Assembly (NCBI GenBank): GCA_964304625.1
Contig: OZ199839.1
Location: 4,389,292-4,453,291, forward strand
Length of the DNA stretch: 64,000 bases
Origin: Kudoa neothunni
Taxonomy: Eukaryota; Animalia; Cnidaria
Direction of reading: 5' to 3'
Every line of letters starts with the position of its first letter. The first letter of the stretch is position 1. The notes beneath the pieces are model-generated. The model saw only the letters and a program-made list of their open reading frames with translations, did not search any database and was not told the DNA's origin. The translations under genes were made by a program, and so were the position numbers. Shown one piece after another: positions 13,026 to 27,000 of the stretch.

Positions 13026-13951
13026 CAGGGCGTCCAATGAGACTATCGGAAAAACCCCAAGGTAGAACTCTTAAGAAACCCAAGGTCGCAAAGAAAACAC
13101 AATAGTATTATTAAAATGACAAATTTTTTTATTTTAAACGCGTTTTCTAATTACTGTCGTCAATTGAATCGTCTTAATCATCGTCACAACCCTTAGTTAA
13201 GAAGCTTGATCTATTTTTCAAGCGCTCATGGTATCGTTGGCTTACAACACCGCTGTTCACATCATGCATTAGTTTATTTGTTGGATGCGACGTCAAACAC
13301 GTATTATTATTTTTTCTGATCAACTGCTTTGCGTTAAGTTTACATTTTACAGTTTCAACCTTGAATGAGTTTGTTTAGATTTTACTGTGCTCATCAATGA
13401 ATAAATTCGTTCAACATTTGCAGTAGCTGGAATTTCTGTCCTTAGCATCTTGATCAAGCCAACATTTAAACCTACTTTTAATCCATCTTGATTGGAGTAC
13501 ATACCATTCCTCCCTCTTTTTTGAGCTCCGTTTGAAATTTCGTGCATACTTTAAAATAATATACGTCAATAACCTCAAAATGTGTTATTAAAAAAAAGAA
13601 AATTTCAAGACGGCGTTTAAATACCCAAATACAATCACAAAATAATAAGAACAATTGATTAAGTAACAATTATCCAGGGGTTGGAAAACAGCGCGTTATC
13701 GACGACCGTGACATCTTTTTAAAATTTCGAGTAATTTTAATTCTCTCCATTACTAAATCAGTAAATATGATTATTCTACCTAATTCTAAAACTTATTATT
13801 TATAACTGATCTCAAGGAATTCAATAATCTACAAGTTTTGTAAAGAAATAAAACCTAAAGATTTGACTTAAAGTGAAAAAAACCCCAAAAACCCAAGGTT
13901 AATAGAAAAATCCCGAGATCATAGGAAAAACCCCAAGGTTTGGACGCCCTG
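13026..13951 (-). mobile_element. Internally deleted hAT element retaining a fragment of the transposase C-terminal dimerisation domain
   Basis: Perfect 12-bp TIR CAGGGCGTCCAA / TTGGACGCCCTG. Perfect 8-bp TSD GGTGTGAC. Subterminal AAACCC(C)AAGGT repeats at both ends. ORF 13347-13547(-) contains IPATANVERIYSLMSTVKSK. Confidence 0.92.
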
Positions 13952-15320
13952 GGTGTGACCGACTTAACGCACTTTTTTCTTGGTCCCGAGGGTGTTACAT
14001 GATATTGGTTTCTTACTGAATATAGATTATTGAGGTCAAACTAACGTCCGGAATTCCGTTAACTATAGTTTTTCCTTGTTTACAACAAATATTTTAATTA
14101 AAGAATTAATGATACACTTAACTTTTAAATCTAGTGGAATTTAAAGCAGCAAACGCCTAATGACATTGGAGAAAATGAATTCTAAATCAGGTAATAAGGT
14201 AGGATTAAGCACCTACATGCATCCTTTTTGTGTGTCGTTTTCTCGCCTATACTTTTATGATAGGTTATTATAAGAAAAAACAACACCGATGGCAAGAACT
14301 CAACTAATTATGGTTACTTCCTATTTGGCTACCAAGTCCTAAATACACGTGGTTAGTAGCACTTGTGAAATCTTCGTTAATTTCTACGACCAATGGAAAC
14401 CCAGTTTATCATCCCCATATTAACTTCCAGTTTAATTGTTCGATTTTAAAACATTTTTAATAATGTTCCTTATACGAAAGTATATGACCCTACCATTTAA
14501 ATAAGGTTTGCACGTTTTATTACAAATTATCTTCTCTATCGTTTTTTATATCGACTATAAACTTTAAGAGCAAACGTTAGGATCGATTCAGAATTTTTTT
14601 AGTTTATATATTTTTTCTCCAACTTATTTACAATCAAAAAAAATTACAAATTATTTTATCGCTAAAATTTTATCATTAAATTTTTGTAGTGACAAGATAG
14701 TAAGGCTTTAATTCTATAACATTGAAAGTTCGTTAATAAAAATCATTAATTTATTTCCCCTGACTCATTTGTAAAAAAATTAAAGTTGCAAGGAAAAAAC
14801 TGCAATAAACAAAAATTTTATCAATATATAATTTCCAAATAATATGTTGGATATAACTAAGTATACGTATGTCGGAATAATTCAAATCGCACCTTCAATC
14901 ATTTCCCTACAGTCTGATTAATGATAAAATCAATAAGCCAAACGAACCATTCAAGAATATATTATAATGACCACACCGTACATATTTTGCATAAAACATC
15001 CTTGAGTTGACTATCCTAACCTAATGAGAGCCTGAAGTATCCAAAAAACAATTAATCTCAGCAGAAATACTAAGACATCCTCCCAATTTAGGAATGAAAA
15101 CCATACCACGACAGAATTCATCGATATTAATTATATCGTGAGAAAACTACCATAGGATAAAATTTGAATTATGAAAGAAAAAATTACGTAGAATAATAAT
15201 TTATTAGCATCAAGCAACGCAAAAACAAATGAACAAAAATCTAACGAAAATAAACTAACGAGAACGTAATGTCATAACTTAGTTGGATCCAATGATTAAC
15301 CAATAAATGTAATAGTAGAT

Positions 15321-17018
15321 TTAGATTTCGAGTTTGTTTCCACTGACCGATTGATTGAGTCCACGGAGAGTTCTGTCGCTACCAATGCGAAGAATTCTCA
15401 TGGTGTTGCTGAATCCGGGGCCATTTTGCCATCCACACACAAAGATAACGGTGGAGTCAGTTCTTACGAAACCGAGTTTTTTTGATTGAACAATAGCATA
15501 CTGGAGTCGTTCGGCAACATCATCTTCCCAAACTTTAAGTGGGGCACCAGGATGATGTAGAGGGAAAAGACCGCGACACAAATTGAGTTGTCTTACAACT
15601 CTGATATCTCTGCTCACAACAACAATAGGACATTTGGGTCTAAAATTGGAGATAAATTGGGCGGTTCTTCCAGATGTTGAAAAGACAATAATAGCGTCAG
15701 CTTTCAGCTTGTAGGAAACGCTAGCAGCACACATAGCAACACCTTCAGATGGATTCATGTCAACTTTGGTATTTTTTATTTCTTCATATGTACGCTTGTA
15801 GAAAATAATATCTTCAGCTTCACGGCAGATTTTTCTCATTTTTTTAACAGCGATGGAGGGAAAATTTCCGTTTGCAGTCTCTCCAGACAACATAACACAG
15901 TCGGCTCCGTCAAGAACGGCGTTTCCAATATCGGATACCTCAGCACGAGTAGGTCTTCTATTGACGATCATGGATTCCATCATTTGGGTGGCACAAATAA
16001 CTGGTTTGTTGCGGTAGTTACATTTGGCAATGATCATTTTTTGGGCTGCAACAACCTTGGACAAAGGCAAATCCATACCAAGATCTCCTCTGGCAACCAT
16101 AATACCATCACTAGCCTCAATGATTTCGTCGATGTTTTTAACTCCCTCGAAGTTTTCAATTTTTGATACGATTTTGATTTTGTCACCATTGGGTTTGGTT
16201 TGAAGCAATTTTCTGATTTCTTTGACGTTATCAGCATTTCTGATGAACGAAGCAAAGATAATATCGAGATCCATATCGGCAGCAAACAAAACATCTTTCT
16301 TATCTTTCTCGGCAAGAGCAGGCAAATCAACAGAAACACCAGGAAGGCAACAATTTTTTCTGCTTCCAAAAGTAGCACCACATGTAACCTCACATTCAAC
16401 TTCGTTTTCAAACGTGATTCGCTTGCATTTCAAGATAGCAGTACCATCAGCAATAAGAATTTTTTGTCCTACTTTACAATCCCTTGGTAGTCCCTTGTAA
16501 TCGATGTAGATTTTTTCAGCAGTACATTTATCCTTAAACTCTTCGTTCGTAGTCAAGATAACGGTGGAATCATTTACCAATGTGATAGATTGATTTCCAA
16601 CAGTGAGACCTGTTCTAATTTCTGGTCCCTTGGTGTCGAGTGCAATACCCACACATCTAGGATAAATTTCTGTGGAAACTTCTCGGATATTTTTTATAAG
16701 GTTGGCATGAAAATCATGATCACCATGAGAGAAGTTCAATCGAGCAATCTTCATTCCTGATGAAATAAGTGCTTTGATCTGGTCCACCGACATACATTTT
16801 GGGCCAATAGTACATATTATCTGAGTACCACATGAAGCTCTGGGCTTAGAAAACACATCCAACTCGCTGAAAAACTCAATACAAGAAGAAGCACGGTCAG
16901 CCAATTCGTAGTTGTGTTGAGCAACAGATGTGTGATTAACTTCCTACATTAACATATATATGAGAAAAGTGGCACAATACAATGAGCTTTAACGTACGTT
17001 TCCTTTAGTTGGTGTCAT
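15321..17018 (-). CDS. PK: Pyruvate kinase, 2 exons, about 547 aa
   Basis: Exon 17018-16998 (MTPTKGN), intron 16997-16944, exon 16943-15321. Motifs IICTIGP, ARLNFSHG, LDTKGPEIRTG, SKIEN, DGIMVARGDLG, ATQMMESM, RPTRAEVSD, DCVMLSGETA. Confidence 0.97.
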
Positions 17019-18324
17019 TGGTAACCGACTCACAATCAATACTAAGTAGTAATCAGTACTTGGATTTAGTTCTTACTAGCGATTTCGTATCACGAGGTTT
17101 TAATGCTATTCATCATTGTCATTATGCATAATGTTTAATAAATATTGCTGATAATAATCGGCGTAAGCCACAACTCGGCTAATTAAATATTCATTCATAT
17201 AAATATTAGGTTAAAATTTATTTATTTTGAATCTAAAGTTTAGGGCACACATTAGAAATACTCATAACTTGGAGGCGTGATTTTAATCTGTTCGAAAGTA
17301 GTATTAATCCGTAAAAAGTTAATCGAGTTTTTAACTAAATGGCTATCCTCTTAATGTGGGTCCTATCCGCAACTTATTTATCAAAACTTCTATGACGCCA
17401 ACCTAATTTTTACGAATACTGCACTAATAATTTTACCTTCTGAGAAACGAACATTTTTTTAACAAAAGTGATAATCCGCAGGGAATCATGTTAATTTATG
17501 ACCTTATCCATGGAATATGAATCGCTTATACAAATCACGAATATGATATTATACTGTTACAGCTTTACTAAAGGTAACCGCCAATACGAAATCTACATAT
17601 CGAACAGATAAATACAATTATTCCATACTTGTAAAAAAATATTAATATTTTTTTCTATTGAGTAGTTGTTGAATTATTTAATGGGCATCTTATTGTGTTT
17701 TTGTTGTTCTTTTATTTAATCAGATTTTTAATATCCATCACAATGGATTACTAATGATGTTTATCGTATTAACCCTTAAGGACTTAGGTCACTAAGGTGT
17801 CGGCTTTATCTGCAAGTTGGTAGTATAAATATTTTAACGCTTTCACGGTCGTGTCAATCTCCACCAACCTAAAGGAACCTTACAATAATGAATTACTCGT
17901 ACATAACACTATTCGTATGCGTATTATGTGTTGTGTTGTAAATAATTTTCTTATTAATAATATATTAAAAATTCTAACAATTAAATCATTCGTCCCACAT
18001 AATTTTCAAGTATACAATAGTGTATTGATGTAACGCAGAAATTGGCAAGATGAAAACCATTGTGTCGCATCCATTTTTGCGCTGGACACCGTCGAATAGC
18101 GCATGCGTTCGGCCAAAAATAACGGGTTTCCGTCGATAATATAATCAATAATGAATTAATTTGAAGCAAAAATTAACTTGTATATTTTTTCGTATTAAAA
18201 TAACGTTCTAGATTTTATGTTCTGTAAAAGCTGTTCAAATATTGAGTCAGCTTTTTCAAGTTCGGTTTATATGGTCAAGCATTGACAAAATCTTATTCAG
18301 AAGGAGTTTTCTAACTTTTCTCAA

Positions 18325-20240
18325 TTAATATAATTCTTCTTGGTTTGATATAATAATTTTATCCATATAATCAGAGTCGTCATCAATCTTACCAAATTCA
18401 GGAAAATCTGATGTTGTCGAAATATCAGAGATGTCGATTATGTCGCTTTCAAGAGTTTCTTCAATAGGATTTGTTAATTTTAGTGATTTTTCCCCTTCAA
18501 ACAGCTCAATTATGTTATGTTTAAATTGATCATCATCGGAATCATCATCTAATGGATTTTCAGAGAGGAAAAATGATTTCCTAAAGCAGTTAACTATGGC
18601 TTCCCTTTTCAATGTAATCCCATATTTTGATTGTCGAATGAATAACATACAAAACATTAGCTACAATGTAGCCAATATCTTGAAATTCGATCTGATATAT
18701 GAATGACGTCATTAGATTTCTTTTGTGCATCATTATAAAGCTTTAACAATTCCATTATCCAATGGCTGAAGCACGCTGGTTGTGTTAGAAGAAAAGTAGC
18801 AGTGTTACATTAGACCAGGGGTGGACAACGGACAACCTGCGGCTGTTTGGGCTGTTTAAGGTCATAAGTGCGGTTCCCCACCTTACGCGCATAATATAAA
18901 CTACAATATCTAAGGTTAAAACGCGAATAAATTATATAATTACTAATTGATGAACTCATTATTACGCTCAAATTTTGAATTTTCATCAGACAATTTATTT
19001 TTTAATGGAAATAGATGGGTATTAAAAAAATGTGATACTCCAATTTCACCGATTTGAACTAATTATCTTAATTTGCAATTTAGAAGTTAAATATAGAAAG
19101 AAAAGATTCAGCGAATACAAATAACTCATGAATAATAAAAATTCCTCATGGAACATTGTTCTATGCATATGCAATTATTAACGAGACACAATAACTCCAA
19201 GTGTTCTCAATTTTATCTACGGTTTTATTGCATAAATTTTTTTTATCATTATTCAAAATTTCTCCTTAATTAAAAGGTTATTATTAAACTAAAACTATTT
19301 AAAAATAAACTTTACGATCATTATACAAAATACATCTTATCTGTTTATATGCAAACTTTGTTTAAACCTTTAAATTAGACTCATGAAAGTGTTGATAGTT
19401 TTCCCAGTTTATACATTTTGTTGAGTCAACTTTTTTACATAAAAAATAGTTATATATATATTTTTTCATTAAATGTTATCCATTAGAAAGAATTCTCTTG
19501 TAATATTAAACGTTCTTCAGTTTTAATACAAAGAAAACTCCATATAAAATGTCGTTTAACTTATTAAATTCAGGAAAATACACTAGAAAGTAAGTAATTC
19601 TTTCAATTTGAAAAGATTAAATTATATGGTTGAAATTTTCTTTTTGTTGACAATAATAATCATGAAAGTGAATTTGTATCGTATATTTGTTGAATAGAGA
19701 TCAATGGTAAAATTTCTAATTCATCATAATGGAAATTATCGAAAATGAAATTACAATATTACTTGAGGTAATAAGACAAATTCAAGTGCATACTTCTATT
19801 ATTCTTGTTATTTCTCCATGCATTAAAATACTAATGATAAAAATAATAGGTTAATTAGTTTTTAGAAAAACGCGTAGATACATTAACTGGATTATTTCCT
19901 CCAAATTTTTTTGAAATGTACGTATTCATGGTTTAAAAGTTAAATGTTTTGACTTTCAAGTCTAAATTTAATATGCGACTCTGGGAATAGAAAAAATTTC
20001 CCCCGCCATCAATAATTGGCTCCTCCGGCGACATCGGTTGCCGACCCCTGCCCCTGCATTATTCAAATATTTTTGGTGGGCTAAGAAATAGTCGAGAAAT
20101 AGTAAAAAAATTATCTTAGAAATAATGAGTTGCCTGTTATATTTTTCAAGAAAGTACACAAAAATGTAACTGGTCATTTAGGCCTTTTTATTATGGTAGT
20201 GTCTTTTGGTCTGGCAGATAAGTTTTATGATCGTTTTGCC
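18325..20240 (-). pseudogene. Decayed pogo/Tigger DDE transposase, split by a nested hAT element
   Basis: Right of the insert: YHNKKA*MTSYIF...LLFLDYFLAHQKYL. Left of the insert: SNVTLLLFSSNTTSVLQPLDNGIVKAL...AIVNCFRKS. These are contiguous DDE_1 motifs. Outer boundaries of the element are not resolved. Confidence 0.8.
18816..20056. mobile_element. Non-autonomous hAT (SPIN/Charlie-like) element inserted in the pogo transposase
   Basis: Left end CAGGGGTGGACAAC...CTGCGGCT, right end GGTTGCCGACCCCTG(CCCCTG). Degenerate 8-bp TSD CATTAGAC / CATTATTC. Confidence 0.75.
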
Positions 20241-20799
20241 TTTTTCACCATAAAAAACAAAATAAGATTTGTTATTTTATGATTATTATATTACAACGTT
20301 TAAAAACGTACATTCGATATGGTAGTCGTTCCAGTTGGGAAGTCTTACCGATATTGCTTGTTTATGTTATTCAGATTTTATTATTTTATGTAGCATTGTA
20401 TTGTTTTATTTTTCGAGTAGATTTATGAAAAATCGATTAATTAGCCATAGTATCAACATAATGTTGTAACGTTGTATTTTATGGAACTTATATATAGGAT
20501 AGCGTTGTTATACATACAAGATGAACAGCGCCGATGGTGGATTAGAAGATAGTGATATTAACACTGAAAAGAATAGTTTTTTAACGTTAGTGATATATTT
20601 TGTCACTTTTCGGAGTTTAAATTGAGAATCTAACAGTTCGAATATCAGAGAAAAAATAATATTTCCGTATTAAATCGCAAAGTCATTGAGAGCGCACAAA
20701 AATGATATGTTCGAGTATTATAATGTCACATGAAATAATATCGGTAATATTATTGAATGATTTAAATAATAGAGTAAATACTCTTTCTGTTTTCAGTAG

Positions 20800-21534
20800 A
20801 ACTTGTTATAAGGCGGATTTGTTAGGAAGTATCGTTTTTAAATTAACTTCTAAAATTTTAATAAGTTTCTATAATTATGTTATCTTACATGTAACCATCA
20901 TTATATACGCTCAGCGTTTAAGAATATTCTATCATAATTAATATATTTTTTTTAGAAAGTAAATGAAAATGTTTAACTACTTTATTGGGACATTAAAAAT
21001 GTTTATTTTAATTAAATAATTAATATAATTTTTAGATATAAATATGTTAAACTACTTTGCTGCTTGACCAAATAAATTATTTGTATATTAAGCATCGTGT
21101 GAACTAGATCTTTAGTATTATTTTATTGAAAATAAATATTGATAAATTATCGGACTGATATAAACAATATTCTCTTATTTTTAAAAATAAGGTAAAATAC
21201 ATTTGATCACCATTACTTGTAAGCGCGCTTTAAAGGTCAGTATAACACAAGTTAAGTTATCAGAATATATAAATATGAAGTTTAAATTTTTATGGGATAA
21301 TTAAACTTAATGAACTCTTTGATTCAAAAATATAACGTTTCATAAGTTTAACCGTAAAAATCTTGATGTTATCCGTTTCTAAATAGGGTCTTCTACATAT
21401 TCTTCAATCAAACATAATTTTTAGATATATTTATCATTGAAATGTTATTTATAATGTTAAATTTTATGGTATACCAACTTAACGTAAATTTATAAAACAC
21501 GCAACGCTAATCTGTCAGACCAACAGTCACTGCC
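20800..21534 (+). repeat. Diverged copy of the 3' terminal region of the MULE family at 32244-36358
   Basis: 21361-21534 aligns by eye with 36185-36358 (ends GCTAATCTGTCAGACCAACAGTCACTGCC vs GCTAATCTGCCAGGCCAATAGTCACTTCC). Shared blocks also at about 21140/35950 and 20810/35570. Left boundary approximate. Confidence 0.75.
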
Positions 21535-22445
21535 TTTATTATTGTCCTATTCTATTGGCAAATTTTTACATCGCTTAGAGCTTAGTATCTTTATTATATG
21601 ATATGAATTCGTAAAACTTTATAATTTCGAGTTTTTTGATAACGTATGGTGACTTTCTTCGCTAAACTTGACGTTCCATCCATTATTTTTTGCAAAGATC
21701 AGATATGCGCTGCGCTCGAGCCATTTTTGCGTTAGATCCATACAGTAACTTTTCAACGCTAGTATTTTGTTGAAACCAATTATTTACGTTTGAATTAAAA
21801 TAAAACAAGTAGCAAACAAGTAAATTTTTACAAATTGCGTTTAAGCCATATTGCGTACGACACAAAATGTATAAAAACCATTTAAAATGAAATTTTTCTA
21901 AATCAAATTTAAGAAAGATGTTTCTAATGTTGTTAAGTTTATATTATGTGAGTTAAATTTTCTGGATATTGATTAATTTATATTTCATTGCGATATTACA
22001 TACGATGCTTAATTGCCCACGACCCATAAGTTACTGTATAAAAATTCATTAAGAAAGTTTTCTACATGTTTTTATGTAAAATCGTCCAAACCTTATGATG
22101 AATATAAAAGAATAATTTTAGTTTTTAGATTATAAAAAAATTGGATGTGTGAATTGCATTTAGTATTTTTTAATTTCTGGTGACAGAAATCACTAATGTC
22201 GTGCTTCGATATAGCTTTACTCGGTATTTCATAGTACAGTGGGTGACGGATAATCCGCACTTTTTACCTTTAGCGTAAATTACGCGTATTTTGAATTTAA
22301 TTTTCTCATCTATTTATACTGATGTAATAATTAAAACTTATAGTATCTCATAAAAACGCAATTATTGGCCCATTGTTGGGTAATCGACACCTTTTTCTAT
22401 GCTGTCGCCTCGAAAATCCTCACCGATTTCAGCCTGCTTAGTAAC

Positions 22446-24052
22446 ATGACCGGAAAGAAATCTCATAAATGGCGCACAATGAATAAAAAATATGCCATAT
22501 TGAATTATTTTGAGAGTCAACCCCCTCAAGGAACAAACGCCAGACTGTTAAACATTTAAATCTTAAATCTATATCTACATTAAATAGTATATTGTCAAAG
22601 AAAGTTGAGATTAAACAAGCTGTTGAAAGTGGACTGGCGAAAAAAGTCGTGTAATATTAAAGCAAGGTTCAAACAAAGAAAGAGATCAGCAGGTACATGA
22701 GAGGATTTCATGGATGAGATCAAAAAATGTTGAGCTCTCTTCAGCGGGAATAATTGCCAAACGAAATGAAATACAAAAAGAAGTTAATAAAGACGCTGAA
22801 GATGTTAGCTACGGTTGGTTCCGTGGTTTCAAAGAGAGGTTTAATTTGCGCAGATTAAACTTTCACGGAGAAGAGAATATTGTTGAAACAAAAACTATCG
22901 ATGAATGGAACTTGCGGTTGAAAGAAATCTTGAAGAATTATAAAGCTGAACAAGTTTATAATCTGGATGAGACAGCTTTATTTTATCAGCAGCACCCAAG
23001 TATGACCAATGAAACCTAAGTCAATCAGGATATATTATTTTGTTAAATTTTTTATTTAGTAAGAAGTTATGTTCTTTCTAACGAGACAACTGCTAAATGC
23101 TCTAAACGATCAAAAAAAAGGGTCACACTTTTACTAGGTTCCTCAACGTTAGACGAAAAACTTGAACCGATTGTAATTGGTCATTATGCTCATCCAATAT
23201 GTTTTAAAAATCTAACGCAAACACCAGTCACATATTATTCAAACAAAAAAGCTTGGATGACTTCTGATATATTCACCAATTATTTAATCAAATTAAATAA
23301 CAATCTCAAAAAACAAAACAAGAAAATATTAATATTTCTTGATAATGCTAGTTGTCATCCACCGCTAGAGTTATCCAATATCGAGTTAATTTTTTTCCCT
23401 AGAAACACCACGTCAGTATTACAACCCATGGATCAGGGGTGTTATTAATTCATTCAAGTCCGTTTACAAAAGACATGATACAAAGATCAACTTTTTTTAA
23501 TTGAAAATTCCATTGAATTGAAACCCCTGAATATTCTAGATGCATTAGTGTCGATTAAAGGGTCATGGGAAGATATAACAAGACAAACTATATCTAATTG
23601 TTTTAAAAAGGCAGGATTTATTTTTTGAAACTTGTGGTAAATTGACCATAATACGGTTTTTATTAAAAAATATCATTTAGAAACGAAAGAAAGTAAAGAA
23701 GAGTCTTTGGTCACATCGGCTGAAGATAATTGCTCTGATTTCCTTGAATCTATAAATGAAGAAAATCTCATTAGAGTCTGCGAATATGATGGAAATTTTG
23801 AGAATAAAAGTGTTAATACTCCAGACATAATGGAAAACTCATCCGATTCCGATTGCGTGGAAAACCATGAAGAATCTTATAGTTCAAAAGATGCTTTCAA
23901 ACGCCTCGAATACCTTAAAGGTTATTTTACAAAAAATGATTCTAATGTATGTAAATACTTACATATACTCGAGGAAAAAATCTTTGCAATCTCAGCAAAA
24001 AAATCAAAAACAAACTAAAATTACAAGCTTTTTTAAAAAGAAGATAAAATAA
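22446..24052 (+). pseudogene. Frameshifted Tigger/pogo transposase (CENP-B HTH plus DDE_1) with spliceosomal intron(s)
   Basis: SYGWFRGFKERFNL, VYNLDETALFY, KKRVTLLL, NKKAWMTSDIF, ILIFLDNASCH, FFPRNTTSVLQPMDQG, TISNCFKKAG, QTKITSFF. Intron 23000-23059 restores the frame; several frameshifts remain. Confidence 0.9.
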
Positions 24053-24076
24053 TACCTTTACAGGAGGATAATTAAT

Positions 24077-27000
24077 CAGGCACGTGCCGTGGGTAATTGC
24101 TCGGGGTAGGCAGCCGCTGCCTTGGTACAAGAAAATTGCAACTATTTATATCTGTATATAGGAAACTAAAAAATATCTAAACTATAAATAATTTTTTAAG
24201 GAAATTAGGTTTGGATTTAATATTTTAAGAAATATTGTTCAATAAATTTTTTAATAACTTTTTACCGGGAATTGTAATTCTTAGGTTGAATTTGTAGACT
24301 AAAGACAAAAACATTAAAAGTATATATAGAATTTTTCAGGATTTTGAAATGTTTATTTGAGTAAATTTATTGCTTATGCGTGAGAACGCAATTAATTTAA
24401 ATTCTATCGATTTATTGGGAATATGGACGTCTCTTTATCAAATTAAATAGGCTACAATAACAATCGAACGATATATTTTTATATTTTAACGATTTATATA
24501 TCAAGAAATTAATAATACTTCATTCTTATATAATTATTATGGAGATCATATCTAGTTAACGCTATAAAACATTCTTTATTTAAATTTGCAACCCTGTTCT
24601 ATGATACGTAAACATCTAAATTAGCTAATAAAGAGATTCTTTTACAATATTTTAGAATCCAAACCAACAATGTCTCGATAGGACAAAATAAAGCGGATAA
24701 ATTATTGATATATGTTAAAATTATAAAAATATTTGAAAGTTGGGTCTTGTTCCATCCTGTTAAGTCTTTCTTTTTCAACCGATATTAATGCAAGGGAAGG
24801 AAAGCCGTTGGTTTGCCATCCTGTTTCTTGTGTAGCTTTTAATTCGTTTCAACGCAGAAAACGACCTTTCTACAGAAACGGTTGTTGCTTGCAGGAATCG
24901 TTAAAATTAATTGTAACAATTTGACAACTTCAGGAAATGTTTGGTCCAGTTGATTTTGGAAGATAAAATCGAGCAATGTTGTATGGGACTTTTTCAATGA
25001 ATACATGTGCATTATAAATTCCTGCCAAATCAGCTTTCAGTCTTTAAAACGTCCAAAAAATTTTCCATAATTCCTTTGCAGGCTTTCAAGAGCGCTCGTG
25101 TCAACTTGACATGATAAATTGTCAAAGTTATTTACATTAAGTCAATGAAATGAAACTTGAGATTTTCGACATCATTAAATCTCGTTCCCAGATTCTTTAC
25201 TATATCACTGGCTATTGTATCAAATAATCTCGCTCTTTCATTTTTTATGTCACATTGAGGGCGAAGGATGGATCTAATTAAAGTTCATTTTTCTTGGCAA
25301 TATTTTTCGAACTTATAATACAATAATTCAAATTTTGTGTGCATACTCCTCAAGTGTTGTTATTGTAACATTGATCCTTTCAATACAATACGCAATGTCT
25401 ATCATTTTCGTCTGCAATATATTGAAGAGCGCGTCAGTTAACACGAAAATTTCATTGTATATCATCAGTAAAAAGTATGTTGAGTCGTTTTTTAGCCAAT
25501 TGTAAAGTCCATTACTTCGAAGTAAAGTGTCTGAATCCCATAATGAGGGATTGCTGTTCATATTGTAGAAAAGTTTGCAAAGATCATCGTGATACTCTAA
25601 TATCATCTGCACCAACTTTGAATTTGAATTCCATCTCGTTGCCGCTGCTGTTGGAATGCGTCTCCGCACAATTTCATCAAGAAATTGAACCCGTTTAGTT
25701 GAATTTTTGAAAAAGGAGAAAGTGCTTCATTGGTCTTGAAAAAACTCGTACAATCAGGGATAAATTTGGCCGATTGTGACAACACAAGATTTAACTTATG
25801 GGCGTAACAGTGAGTAAACAGCGCGGTCGATATCTTTTGTCTAACTTTCGACTGAACTCCATTTTAAATGGCGAGGCCATAGCTATCGCTCCATCATACG
25901 TTTGTGCGATTAATTTCTCTTCAATGTTGTATTTATATATGTTTTTAAATACGCATTCCGTTACACCATCCGCTGTTCTGTCACGTAGAATATCAAATCC
26001 AATGAAAACATCCTTAATTTTTGATCCCAATACGTATCTCAATATTGTCGAACATTGAGATGTGCATGAGATATCGGTCGTCTCATCCACTTCTATCGCA
26101 ACGAGCGGAGCCTGTGCTAATTCCTCTTTAATATTATTCTCCAAAACCATCTTTATAGCCTCAATCAGATCATTTTGAATCCTGTTGGAAATACCAGAAG
26201 ACTGATGAATTCTGTAAGTGACAAGATAATTTTTCGTCGAATTTTGCGGTATAACTCAACAACTCCAAATAATTACCACGATTTAAGGACAGTTTGTGTT
26301 CATGATCACCGCGGAAAGCAAGTTCTTGTTTAATCAAAAAGCAAACTGCACGGATCAATGTTTTCAATATCTCTCTGTTATCCTTAACATTTTTATTGTG
26401 AAGTTCAATCGAAATATTTTTCTGTTTATCAAGGGAGACAATCTACTCGTACAGATCCAAATGTTTTCCATGAAACTTGACTTTGATAGTGTGTGTTGCG
26501 GATCGCTCATGTTTATTTAAAAGCGATTGGCAAATTATTCAAGTCGAAATATCCTTCTTTGATCCACACACTTTCACTAGTCACTGAAAAAAAGCAAACA
26601 AGGGAAGCAAAAAAGCCTTATTGTTGTAGCACGCCCACATAACCACTCTTTTTTTCTCATACCATGAAGTATTAAACGTCCTGATAATTGTCTTACCTTT
26701 CAGTTGTTTAAGTTCTTTAAGATCAGGTGTCGGTCTACCATTACTTATAATTTGTAATTTATCTTCATAAGAAAGTTTTGAAAACTCTTTAAGATATCCG
26801 ATATCCATATTTGAAGAGATTAAGTAAGATTAACAGAGGCGCGGGCTCTTCTTACAAGTAGGACAATAATTAGTATTAACTTTGGGCGATATTCCCAGTA
26901 TAGTTGTCATATAGATTATCGTATTTTAAAAAATTACCTTTAATTAAAATTAAGAAAAAATTTGAAGAAACAGAACAATTTATTTGAATTAATAATGCAC

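Noticed and set aside
15984-16500. Several ORFs overlapping pyruvate kinase
   Set aside because: Antisense or alternative-frame shadows of a long coding exon; no motifs.
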